This document shows positions 49,809-58,611 of a stretch of DNA of 64,000 nt, piece after piece. Position numbers and translations under genes: made by a program. Positions within the stretch are counted from its first letter, which is position 1. The number at the start of each line of letters is the position of its first letter. Origin of the DNA: an uncultured Actinomycetota bacterium (GTDB lineage Bacteria > Actinomycetota > Actinomycetes > Prado026); assembly GCA_963819215.1 (NCBI GenBank), contig CAWFVK010000003.1, positions 138,062 to 202,061 of the forward strand. The letters run 5' to 3'. The notes beneath the pieces were generated by a model, which saw nothing but the letters and a program-made list of their open reading frames with translations, was not told the origin of the DNA and did no database searches.

Positions 49809-51698
49809 ATGTGCGGAATCGTCGGGTACGTCGGGTCGCAGCCCGCGCTGGATGTCGTCATCGGTGGGCTGCGCCGCCTGGAGTACCGCGGCTACGACTC
49901 GCGCCGGCAGTCGCTGTCGTCGGCGCCGGCGCAGCTCGCACCGTGACGGCGCGCAAGGCCGGCAAGCTCGGCGAACCTGGCCGAGGCCGCTGCTCGATGG
50001 CGCGAGCCCGCTGCCGCGCCTGCGCACGGCACTCGGCATCGGGCACACCCGGTGGGCGACCCACGGCGGCCCGACCGACCGCAACGCGCACCCGCACCTG
50101 GACTGCGACGGCGCGGTGGCCGTCGTCCACAACGGCATCATCGAGAACTTCGCCGCGCTGCGCGAGCGAGCTCTCGAGCCGCGGGCACGCACGCTGCGCT
50201 CCGACACCGACACCGAGGTCGTCGCGCACCTGCATCGCGGAGGCCTACGAGCCGAGCGGCAAGGACCTCGCCGAGGCCGTCGCGGCGTGTCTGCCGGCAG
50301 CTCGAGGGCGCGTTCACGCTCGTCGTCGATGCACGCCGACCAGCCCGACGTCGTCGTCGGTGCGCGGCGCAACTCGCCGCTGGTCGTCGGGCTCGGCGAG
50401 GGCGAGAACTTCCTCGGCCAGCGACGTCGCGGCGTTCATCGCGCACACCCGCGACGCGGTCGAGCTGGGCCAGGACCAGGTCGTCGAGCTCGCCGGGACG
50501 GCGTCGTGGTCACCGAACTTCGACGGTACCCCCGCTGAGGTCCGGCCGTTCCACGTCGACTGGGACGCCTCGGCCGCCGAGAAGGGCGGCTACGACTACT
50601 TCATGCTCAAGGAGATCGCCGAGCAGCCCGAGGCGATCGCCGACACCCTGCTCGGCCGGGTCGGACGACGACGGCGCGGCTGCGCCTGGACGAGATGCGG
50701 CATCGCCCGATGACCGCGTTGCGCGAGCGTCGACAAGGTCGTCGTCGTGGCCTGCGGCACGGCGTTCCACGCCGCGCATGATCGCGAAGTACGCCATCGA
50801 GCACTGGACGCGGATCCCGTGCGAGGTCGAGCTGGCGAGCGAGTTCCGCTACCGCGACCCGATCCTCGACCGGCAGACGCTGGTCATCGCGATCTCGCAG
50901 TCGCGGCGAGACGCATGGACACGCTGATGGCGGTGCGGCACGCCCAGGAGCAGCGCGCGCGGGTGCTGGCGATCTGCAACACGAACGGCTCCACGATGCC
51001 GCGCGAGTCGGACGGCGTGGTCTACACCCACGCCGGCCCGGAGGTCGCGGTCGCCTCGACCAAGGCGTTCCTGACCCAGCTGGTCGCCGTGCTACCTCGT
51101 CGCGCTCTACCTCGCGCAGGTGCGCGGCACCAAGTGCGGCGACGAGATCAGCGCCGCACATCGCCGAGCTCGCCCGCATGCCGGACCAGGTCGACCGGGT
51201 GCTGGACACCGTCGAGCCGGTGCGGGAGCTCGCGCGCTCGCTGAAGGAGCCTCGGTCGTGCTGTTCCTCGGTCGCCACGTCGGCTTCCCGGTGGCGCTCG
51301 AGGGCGCGCTGAAGCTCAAGGAGCTCGCGTACATGCACGCCGAGGGGTTCGCCGCCGGTGAGCTGAAGCACGGCCCGATCGCGCTGATCGAGGAGGGCCT
51401 GCCGGTGGTGGTCATCGCGCCGTCGCCGCGGGCCCGGTCGGTGCTGCACGACAAGATCGTGAGCAACATCCAGGAGATCCGGGCCCGTGGGGCGCGCACC
51501 ATCGTGATCGCCGAGGAAGGCGACGAGGCCGTCGTGCCGTACGCCGACACCTTGATCCGGATCCCGCAGTGCCCCACGCTGCTGCAGCCGCTGCTCGCGA
51601 CCGTGCCGCTGCAGGTGTTCGCCTGCGAGATGGCCGCGGTGAAGGGCTTCGACGTCGACCAGCCGCGCAACCTCGCCAAGTCCGTCACCGTCGAGTAG
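49809..51698 (+). pseudogene. glmS: glutamine--fructose-6-phosphate aminotransferase, heavily disrupted (on the order of 20 frame breaks)
   Basis: [31 protein letters not shown] (own translation from ATG 49809). [68 protein letters not shown] and [22 protein letters not shown] are scattered over three frames. The intact tail is FLGRHVGFPVALEGALKLKELAYMHAEGFAAGELKHGP...SVTVE*. Confidence 0.88.
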
Positions 51699-51706
51699 CC
51701 GCGCGC

Positions 51707-52189
51707 TTGTCCCGCCAGCCGCAGCAGCCGCCGGGTGCCGCGTCCCGGATCCGGCAGGCGCGGGCGTCCGACTACGACCTCATCGCGCCCGTCGTCGACG
51801 ACTGGTGGGGGCGCCCGTTGCTCCCGCTCCTGCCGCGCCTGTTCCTCGACCACTTCTTCGACACCTCGTCGGTCGCCGAGCGCGAGGGCCAGCTCGTCGG
51901 CTTCCTGGTGGGGTTCCTCTCGCCGGCCCAGCCTGAGGTCGCGTACATCCACTTCGTCGGCGTCCGTCCCGACGAGCGAGGCAGCGGGCTCGCCCGGCTG
52001 CTGTACGAGCGGTTCTTCGCGCTCGCTCGCGACCGCGGTGCACGGCACGTCGAGGCGGTGACCGGACCGGTGAACACCGGGTCGATCGCCTTCCATCGAG
52101 CGCTGGGTTTCGACGTCGACGGACCGGTCGTGGACTACGACGGCCCCGGGCACGACCTCGTGCACTTCCGGCGACCCCTCGATGCCTGA
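51707..52189 (+). CDS. GNAT-family N-acetyltransferase. The start is uncertain (TTG 51707, or GTG 51735 with a frame break)
   Basis: IRQARASDYDLIAPVVDDWWGRPL...LVGFLVGFLSP...YIHFVGVRPDERGSGLARLLYERFFALARDRGARHVEAVTGPVNTGSIAFHRALGF in ORF 51569..52189. Confidence 0.7.
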   Translation: MSRQPQQPPGAASRIRQARASDYDLIAPVVDDWWGRPLLPLLPRLFLDHFFDTSSVAEREGQLVGFLVGFLSPAQPEVAYIHFVGVRPDERGSGLARLLYERFFALARDRGARHVEAVTGPVNTGSIAFHRALGFDVDGPVVDYDGPGHDLVHFRRPLDA

Positions 52190-52199
52190 CCCGCTGCCG

Positions 52200-52270
52200 C
52201 CGCTTCGCTCGCTGCCTGCCCCGCTTCGCTTGCTGCCTGCCCCGCTTCGCTTGCTGCCCGACCCGCTTAA
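52200..52270 (+). repeat. 3.4 tandem copies of a 21-nt unit (CCGCTTCGCTYGCTGCCYGMC) between the GNAT gene and acpS
   Basis: Units at 52200-52220, 52221-52241 and 52242-52262, plus a partial unit at 52263-52270, ending 9 nt before the acpS GTG. Confidence 0.85.
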
Positions 52271-52279
52271 GGTGGGGCC

Positions 52280-52666
52280 GTGATCGTGTCCGTAGGCATC
52301 GACGTCGTCGACATCGCCCGCTTCGCACGGATCATCGAACGCCGACCCGGGCTGGTGTCGCGGCTGTTCACGCCGTCCGAGCGTTCACTCCCGGTGGCCT
52401 CGCTCGCCGCCAGGTTCGCGGCGAAGGAAGCGGTGGCCAAGGCGCTCGGCGCGCCGTCGGGTCTGTCCTGGCAGGACTGCGAGGTCGTGGCTGCGACCAG
52501 CGGCCAGCCGTCCCTGGTGCTGCGTGGCACGGTGGCGGCGGCCGCGGCTGGTGCGGGCATCGAGCACTGGCACCTCTCGCTGTCGCATGACGCCGGGATC
52601 GCGTCGGCGATGGTGGTCGCCGAGGCCGCAGCCGTTGCCGGGGCGCCGACGAAGGGCGGTGCCTGA
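52280..52666 (+). CDS. acpS: holo-[acyl-carrier-protein] synthase
   Basis: [34 protein letters not shown]...[14 protein letters not shown]...[16 protein letters not shown]. Confidence 0.9.
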   Translation: MIVSVGIDVVDIARFARIIERRPGLVSRLFTPSERSLPVASLAARFAAKEAVAKALGAPSGLSWQDCEVVAATSGQPSLVLRGTVAAAAAGAGIEHWHLSLSHDAGIASAMVVAEAAAVAGAPTKGGA

Positions 52667-54120
52667 TGCGGACGGCGTACACCGTGGAGCAGGTGCGGGC
52701 GGCCGAGGCGAGCCTGATGGCCACGCTGCCCGCCGATGCCGCGCGCCCGCCGTTGATGCTGCGCGCTGCTGCCGGCCTTGCCACGGTGTGCATCGGACTG
52801 CTGGACCATGTGTACGGCGCGCGGGTGGTGCTCCTCGTGGGTTCCGGGGACAACGGCGGCGACGCGCTCTTCGCCGGCGCCCTGCTCGCGCGGCGAGGTG
52901 CCCGGGTCGACGCGGTGCAGCTCGGCTCGCGGGTGCACGAGGGCGGTCTGCGGGCGTTGCTCGGTGCTGGTGGTCGGCTGTGCACGGAGTCCGCTGCGGC
53001 GATCGATGCCGCCGACCTGGTGCTCGACGGCATCGTCGGGATCGGCGGCACAGGCGGCCTGCGACCTGCTGCGGCTGAGCTGGTCGACGCCGTCGACGAG
53101 CGCGCGGCTCACGGTTGCTGGCGGGTCGCTGTCGACCTCCCGAGCGGGGTCGATGCTGACACGGGCGCAGTCGGCGGAGCTGCCTTCACCGCGGACGTCA
53201 CCGTCACCTTCGGCTGCTTGAAACCGGGCGTGCTGGTTGCTCCTGGCGCCGGGCGCGCCGGGGTGGTCGAGCTCGTCGACATCGGACTGGGGCCGTACCT
53301 GCCTGCGCCGTCGCTGCGTTCGCTCGGTGCGCTCGACGCCGCGCAGGCCCTGCCGGAACCGGGTGCCGCGGACGACAAGTACACCCGTGGCGTGGTCGGC
53401 GTGGTCGCGGGTTCCGGTGTCTACGCCGGGGCGGCGGTCCTGTGCGTCGGCGGCGCCATGCGGGCTGGCGCCGGCATGGTGCGGTACGTCGGCCCGGAGG
53501 CCGCCGCGGCGGGGGTGCTCGCCCGCTGGCCCGAGGTGGTGGTCGGTGAGGGGCGCGTCCAGGCGTGGGCGGTGGGGCCTGGTCTGGGGACCGACACCGC
53601 GGCCCGCAGCAAGCTCGAGCGGGCGCTCGCCGACCTCGATGTCCCCGTGCTGGTCGACGCGGACGGCCTCACCTTGCTGGCCGCCCACCCCGACCGGGCC
53701 GAGCTTCTTGCCAGCCGCCGCGCGATCACGGTGCTCACCCCGCACGACCGGGAGTACGAGCGCTTCGGACGGCAGATCGGTGCAGATCGCGCCGGCGCCG
53801 CACGGGCGCTGGCCGCCGAGCTTGGTGCGACCGTCCTGCTCAAGGGCTCGACGACCGTCGTCGCCGACCCCGACGGCAGCACCAGCGTCAACCCGACCGG
53901 CACCGCCCGGCTGGCGACCGCCGGCTCCGGGGACGTGCTCTCCGGGATCACCGGTGCGTACCTGGCGGCCGGGCTCGGCACGCTGGCTCCCGTGCTCGGG
54001 GCGTTCGTCCACGGCCTCGCGGGCCGGCTCGCCGGGTCGCCGGCCGCACCGCTGGTCGCGCTCGACATCGCCGAGGCCGTCCCTGCGGCCGTGCAGGCGT
54101 TGCGCAGGGCCGAGCCGTGA
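52666..54120 (+). CDS. nnr: bifunctional NAD(P)H-hydrate epimerase / ADP-dependent dehydratase (YjeF family)
   Basis: Intact 484 aa: VLLVGSGDNGGDALFAGALL...DGIVGIGG (N-domain). KYTRGVVGVVAGSGVYAGAAVL...GPGLGTD...LTPHDREYERF...LATAGSGDVLSGITGA (C-domain). Confidence 0.88.
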   Translation: MRTAYTVEQVRAAEASLMATLPADAARPPLMLRAAAGLATVCIGLLDHVYGARVVLLVGSGDNGGDALFAGALLARRGARVDAVQLGSRVHEGGLRALLGAGGRLCTESAAAIDAADLVLDGIVGIGGTGGLRPAAAELVDAVDERAAHGCWRVAVDLPSGVDADTGAVGGAAFTADVTVTFGCLKPGVLVAPGAGRAGVVELVDIGLGPYLPAPSLRSLGALDAAQALPEPGAADDKYTRGVVGVVAGSGVYAGAAVLCVGGAMRAGAGMVRYVGPEAAAAGVLARWPEVVVGEGRVQAWAVGPGLGTDTAARSKLERALADLDVPVLVDADGLTLLAAHPDRAELLASRRAITVLTPHDREYERFGRQIGADRAGAARALAAELGATVLLKGSTTVVADPDGSTSVNPTGTARLATAGSGDVLSGITGAYLAAGLGTLAPVLGAFVHGLAGRLAGSPAAPLVALDIAEAVPAAVQALRRAEP

Positions 54121-54137
54121 GCCGCGGTGGTGGCGTC

Positions 54138-55217
54138 ATGGGTCTCGGGCTCGGGGTCCTGGCAGCAGGGGCCGTCGTCGGCTCGGTGGCCGGTGCGGTG
54201 GTTGAACGCCGGCTCAGCCAGCGTCCGCTGCGGGCCGCGGAGGAGGCCGGCTTCGCCTTCGGCTCGGTGCACTCGGCCCCGACCGTGGTCACCTCGGACG
54301 ACGGCGTCGAGCTGTACGTCGAGATCGACGAGCCGCGTCCGGGGGCGCAGCACGCCGGGCTCACCGTCATCTTCTCCCATGGGTACGCGCTGAACCTGGA
54401 CTGCTGGCACTACCAGCGCATCGCGCTGAGCGGCTCGGCCCGGTGCATCTACTGGGATCAACGTGGGCACGGCCGGTCGGGTCGGGGCAAGCGCGCGCAC
54501 GACACCATCGACCGCCTCGCGCTGGACCTCGAGGCCGTCCTCGAGGCCGTCGCCCCCACGGGGCCGGTGGTGCTCGTCGGGCACTCGATGGGGGGCATGA
54601 CGATCCTGGCGCTGGCTGCCCGCCGGCCCGACCTCTTCAGCTCTCCCGGTGGCCGCAAGAAGCGCAGGGCTCGCGGCCGGATCGTCGGGGTCGGCCTGCT
54701 CGCGACGTCGGCCGGCGACCTCACCGACGTCAACCTCGGGGTGCCGGCGTCGGCGGCCAGGCTGCTGCATCGGGTCGCACCGGGGGTGCTCAGCACGCTG
54801 GGTCGGGTGCCGGGCCTGGTCGAGCTCGGCCGCAAGTCCGGCAACGACCTCGAGTTCATGATCACCCGGGCCTACGCGTTCGCCTCCGACGTCCCGCCGC
54901 AGCTGGTCGACTTCACGCGGCGGATGAACGCGGCGACCTCGATCGAGGTCGTCGCCGACCTGTTCCCCGCGCTGGAGGCGCACGACGCGAAGGCGGGGCT
55001 GCCGGCGCTGTCGCAGGTGCCGGTCCTGGTCATGGTCGGTGAGCAGGACATGCTCACGCCCGTCGACCACAGCCGCGCGCTGGCGGCTGCCTTGCCGGAC
55101 GCCGAGCTCGACGTGCTGGAGAACTGCGGGCACATGATCCTGCTGGAGTACCCGGACGTCGTGACAGCAGCGCTGCGTCGCCTGCTCGAGGCCGCCGACC
55201 CGCCAGCTGCCCGATGA
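54138..55217 (+). CDS. alpha/beta-fold hydrolase with an N-terminal hydrophobic segment
   Basis: ATG 54138 inside ORF 53565..55217. VIFSHGYALNLDCW...DQRGHGRSG...VLVGHSMGGMTILALA...ENCGHMILLEYPD. Confidence 0.8.
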   Translation: MGLGLGVLAAGAVVGSVAGAVVERRLSQRPLRAAEEAGFAFGSVHSAPTVVTSDDGVELYVEIDEPRPGAQHAGLTVIFSHGYALNLDCWHYQRIALSGSARCIYWDQRGHGRSGRGKRAHDTIDRLALDLEAVLEAVAPTGPVVLVGHSMGGMTILALAARRPDLFSSPGGRKKRRARGRIVGVGLLATSAGDLTDVNLGVPASAARLLHRVAPGVLSTLGRVPGLVELGRKSGNDLEFMITRAYAFASDVPPQLVDFTRRMNAATSIEVVADLFPALEAHDAKAGLPALSQVPVLVMVGEQDMLTPVDHSRALAAALPDAELDVLENCGHMILLEYPDVVTAALRRLLEAADPPAAR

Positions 55218-55294
55218 CCCCGATGAGCCCGATGACCCCGATGAGCCCGATGACCCCGATGAGCCCGATGACGCCGATGAGCCCGATGACCCCG
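55214..55294 (+). repeat. 9 tandem in-frame copies of a 9-nt unit ATGASSCCG, forming the first 27 codons of the UDG gene
   Basis: atgaccccg/atgagcccg alternate (one unit is atgacgccg) and translate to (MTP-MSP)x4-MTP. The first ATG overlaps the upstream stop (ATGA). Confidence 0.9.
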
Positions 55295-55909
55295 GCGACC
55301 GTCGACCCGTCGCAGGTCGCGCCGTTCCTGCCGGACCTCGCGACGCTGAGCGACGTCGTGCGCGGGTGCACAGCCTGCCCCGAGCTGGCAGCCACGCGCA
55401 CCCAGGTGGTGCCGGGCGTCCTGGTGCCGGGTGCGGACCTGCTGCTCGTCGGCGAGGCCCCCGGGGCGCAGGAGGACGAGGCGGGCGTGCCGTTCATCGG
55501 GCGGGCCGGGCAGCTGCTGGACCGGATGCTGACCGAGGCCGGGCTGGACCGGAGTCAGGTGTCGGTGGTCAACGTGCTGAAGTGCCGGCCGCCGGCCAAC
55601 CGAAAGCCGAGGAGCCCCGAGGTCGCCCGCTGCCGACCCTGGCTCGAGCAGCAGATCGAGCTGAGCGACCCGCTGCTCGTCGTCACCCTCGGCGGGACGG
55701 CAGCCGAGTGGGCGCTCGGTCGAGGAACCCGGCTGGGCGCCTCGCGCGACGTGGTCCACCGGGTCGCCGGCCGACCGCTCGTGGTGACGTACCACCCGTC
55801 CGCGGCCCTGCGCTTCGGTCCGAAGGGTGCGCCGACGGCGGCGCTGCGGCAGGACCTCGCGACGGTCGCGTCGTTGCTCGACACGCTGCGAGCGGAGCGG
55901 GCCGGATGA
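55214..55909 (+). CDS. family 4-type uracil-DNA glycosylase. The real start could be any of the 9 repeated ATGs
   Basis: VRGCTACPELAATRTQVVPG...LLLVGEAPGAQEDEAGVPFIGRAGQLLDRML...NVLKCRPPANRKP...VTYHPSAALR. Confidence 0.85.
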   Translation: MTPMSPMTPMSPMTPMSPMTPMSPMTPATVDPSQVAPFLPDLATLSDVVRGCTACPELAATRTQVVPGVLVPGADLLLVGEAPGAQEDEAGVPFIGRAGQLLDRMLTEAGLDRSQVSVVNVLKCRPPANRKPRSPEVARCRPWLEQQIELSDPLLVVTLGGTAAEWALGRGTRLGASRDVVHRVAGRPLVVTYHPSAALRFGPKGAPTAALRQDLATVASLLDTLRAERAG

Positions 55910-56376
55910 GCGAGCCGGAGCCTGGGCTGCTCGTGGTCCCGGACGCCGCCGCCATGCAGGACCTCGGCCGGCGGCTCGCAGCGGCGTTGCGTCCCGGCGA
56001 CCTCGTCGTCCTCGCAGGCGGGCTGGGCGCCGGCAAGACCACGCTCACGCAGGGCATCGGCGCCGGGCTCGGCGTTCGCGGACCGATCACCTCGCCCACG
56101 TTCGTCATCGCCCGCGAGCACCCCTCGCTGGTCGCCGGGCCACCGCTCGTGCACGTCGACGCCTACCGGCTCGGTGCGGCGCTGGAGGTCGATGACCTCG
56201 ATCTGGACGCGACCATCGAGCAGTCCGTCACGGTGGTGGAGTGGGGAGCCGGCAAGGTCGAAGGGCTGGCCGACGACCGTCTCGAGATCACCCTGGAGCC
56301 CGCACCCGACGGTGCGCGCACGGTTCGGGTCGTGGGGATCGGCGCGCGTTGGGCGACTGCGTCGCCGTTACGCTGA
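55906..56376 (+). CDS. tsaE: tRNA t6A37 biosynthesis ATPase TsaE
   Basis: ATG 55906 (ATGA overlap). VVLAGGLGAGKTTLTQGIGAGLGVRGPITSPTFVIAREH...VHVDAYRL inside ORF 55366..56376. Confidence 0.88.
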   Translation: MSEPEPGLLVVPDAAAMQDLGRRLAAALRPGDLVVLAGGLGAGKTTLTQGIGAGLGVRGPITSPTFVIAREHPSLVAGPPLVHVDAYRLGAALEVDDLDLDATIEQSVTVVEWGAGKVEGLADDRLEITLEPAPDGARTVRVVGIGARWATASPLR

Positions 56377-56380
56377 CCCG

Positions 56381-57091
56381 GTGCTCCTCCTCGCTCTCGA
56401 CACGGCCACCCCGGCCGTCACGGTGGCGCTGCACGACGGGAGCCAGGTCGTCGGGAGCGCTCACGGCAGTGACGGCCGGCGGCACGGCGAGGTGCTGGCG
56501 CCGATGATCGAGCAGCTGCTGGTCGAGCACGGTGCCAGCCCCGCTGACCTCACCGACATCGCCGTCGGGGTGGGGCCGGGGCCGTTCACCGGGCTGCGGG
56601 TCGGCGTCGTCACCGCCCTCACCCTCGGCGCGGCGCTCGGTCTCCCGGTCCACGGCGTGTGCTCGCTCGACGCGCTCGCCCACGTCGCGGACTTCGCTGC
56701 AGGGCCGGTCCTGGTCGCGACCGATGCGCGGCGTCGCGAGATCTACTGGGCCGTGTACCTGGGGCCTGATCGCCGGGTCGGGGACGCCGCGGTGGGTCGC
56801 CCGGGAGAGGTCGCCGCCTCGCTGGGCGCGCAGCGCGACGGCCAGGCTGGTGCGGAGGCAGGTGCTGCTGGTCTTGCGGCTGGTCTCACGGCGACGGGCC
56901 CGGGCGCTGACCTGTACGCCGACGCCCTCGGCCTGCCCGTCGCGGCGAGCCAGCCGTTGTCGGCCGGGGCGCTGGCTGAGGTCGCGGTGGGGCGGCTCGG
57001 TGCCGGCCTGCCGCTGCTCGAGCCCTACCCGTTGTACCTCCGCCGCCCGGACGCTGTCCCCTCGGTGACGCGGAAGTCGGTGCTCACATGA
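56381..57091 (+). CDS. tsaB: tRNA t6A37 biosynthesis protein TsaB
   Basis: GTG 56381. VLLLALDTATPAVTVALHDG...IAVGVGPGPFTGLRVGVVTALTLG inside ORF 56174..57091. Confidence 0.85.
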   Translation: MLLLALDTATPAVTVALHDGSQVVGSAHGSDGRRHGEVLAPMIEQLLVEHGASPADLTDIAVGVGPGPFTGLRVGVVTALTLGAALGLPVHGVCSLDALAHVADFAAGPVLVATDARRREIYWAVYLGPDRRVGDAAVGRPGEVAASLGAQRDGQAGAEAGAAGLAAGLTATGPGADLYADALGLPVAASQPLSAGALAEVAVGRLGAGLPLLEPYPLYLRRPDAVPSVTRKSVLT

Positions 57092-57534
57092 TCCTGCGCC
57101 GGATGCGCTGGTGGGACGTGCAGGCCGTGCTTCCCATCGAGCGGACTCTCTTCACCGCCGACCCCTGGAGCGAGGCAGGCTTCTGGTCCGAGCTCGCCGG
57201 TGTCCCGGCGACGCGCTACTACGTCGTGGCCGAGGACGACGGCGCCGTGGTCGGCTACGCCGGGCTGATGGCCATCGGGAACGACGCTGACGTGCAGACG
57301 GTCGCCGTCAGCGGCGCACGGCAGGGGGCAGGGGTGGGCCGGGCGCTGGTGACGGACCTGCTGGCCGAGGCCGGTCGCCGCGGGTGCGGTCAGGTGATGC
57401 TGGAGGTCCAGCACGACAACAAGGCAGCCCAGCACCTCTACGCCTCGCTGGGCTTCGAGCGGGTGTCGGTGCGCCGGAGCTACTACGGGCCCGGGCTCGA
57501 CGCCGACGTCCTGCGGCTGCGGGTGGCGGCGTGA
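57088..57534 (+). CDS. rimI: ribosomal-protein-alanine N-acetyltransferase
   Basis: Intact 148 aa, sits between tsaB and tsa[35 protein letters not shown]...[20 protein letters not shown]. Confidence 0.85.
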   Translation: MILRRMRWWDVQAVLPIERTLFTADPWSEAGFWSELAGVPATRYYVVAEDDGAVVGYAGLMAIGNDADVQTVAVSGARQGAGVGRALVTDLLAEAGRRGCGQVMLEVQHDNKAAQHLYASLGFERVSVRRSYYGPGLDADVLRLRVAA

Positions 57535-58590
57535 ACGACGAGCCGCTGGTCCTCGGCATCGAGACCTCGTGCGACGAGACGGGGGTCGGGATCGTGCGCG
57601 GCCAGACGCTGCTCGCCGACGCCATCGCCTCCAGCGTCGAGCAGCACGAACGGTTCGGCGGAGTGGTGCCTGAGGTCGCGAGCCGGGCGCACCTCGAGGC
57701 GATGGTCCCGATGATCGAGCGCGCCTGCGCCCAGGCGCAGGTCCGGCTGGCCGACGTCGACGCCGTCGCGGTGACCGCGGGGCCCGGCCTTGCCGGCGCG
57801 CTGCTCGTCGGTGACGCGGCGGCCAAGGCCTTGGCGTTGGCCCTGGGCAAGCCGTTGTACGGCGTGAACCACCTCGCCGCCCACGTGTGCGTCGACCAGC
57901 TCGAGCACGGCCTGCTCCCAGAACCGTCGGTCGCGCTGCTGGTGAGCGGCGGGCACTCCTCGCTGCTGCTCGTCCCTGACGTCACCGACGACATCCAGCC
58001 GCTGGGGCAGACCCTGGACGACGCTGCCGGCGAAGCCTTCGACAAGGTCGCCAGGGTGCTGGGCATGGGATTCCCGGGCGGTCCGGTGATCGATCGCGCG
58101 GCTCGCGACGGGGACCGCAGCTTCGTGCAGTTCCCGCGCGGCCTCACGGGCACCCGTGACCTCGACCCCGACTCGGGCCATCGCTACGACTTCTCGTTCA
58201 GCGGGCTGAAGACGGCAGTGGCCCGGTGGGTCGAGCAGCGCGAACGCGACGGCGAGCCCGTGCCCGTGAACGACGTTGCTGCGGCGTTCCAGGAGGCCGT
58301 CGTGGACGTGCTGACCCGCAAGGCCGTGCTGGCCTGCACCGAGCACGGCGTGCAGGACCTCGTGCTCGGCGGCGGGGTGGCCGCCAACTCCCGGCTCCGG
58401 TTGCTCGCCGAGCAGCGCTGCGACGCAGCCGGCCTGCGGCTGCGGGTCCCGCGTCCTGGCCTGTGCACCGACAACGGGGCGATGGTGGCCGCGCTCGGCT
58501 CGCGAGCTCGTGCGGCGTGGTCGCCCACCGTCGCGGCTGGACCACGCCACCGACTCCTCGATGCCGGTGACCGAGGTCGTCGCGGGCTGA
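57531..58590 (+). pseudogene. tsaD: tRNA N6-adenosine threonylcarbamoyltransferase TsaD, one +1 frame break at about 58503
   Basis: GTG 57531. [16 protein letters not shown]...[11 protein letters not shown]...VSGGHSSLL...[10 protein letters not shown]...[13 protein letters not shown], then [28 protein letters not shown] in the next frame. Confidence 0.9.
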
Positions 58591-58611
58591 GCGGTAGCGG
58601 CGGGACCCGTC

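Noticed and set aside
42860-55133. Other long minus-strand ORFs: 42860..44335, 44278..46290, 52267..54012 and 53421..55133. The same applies to 20544..21722, 21656..22837 and 23143..24525
   Set aside because: All of them mirror well-supported plus-strand genes (PAS-LuxR, arcC/ABC-F, acpS/nnr, hydrolase, rpsG/fusA/tuf). They translate to Arg/Pro/Gly-rich junk, so they are shadow ORFs.
55214-55294. The tandem repeats (here and at 7758, 9398, 10547, 37666, 52200 and 62228) as CRISPR arrays
   Set aside because: The units are 9-24 nt and directly abutting, with no unique spacers. There are at most 9 copies, and no cas genes in the window.
54120-55909. Absence of alanine racemase between nnr and tsaE as a meaningful gene loss
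   Set aside because: The alr position varies among actinobacteria, and an alpha/beta hydrolase next to tsaE also occurs elsewhere (from memory). alr may simply lie outside this window.
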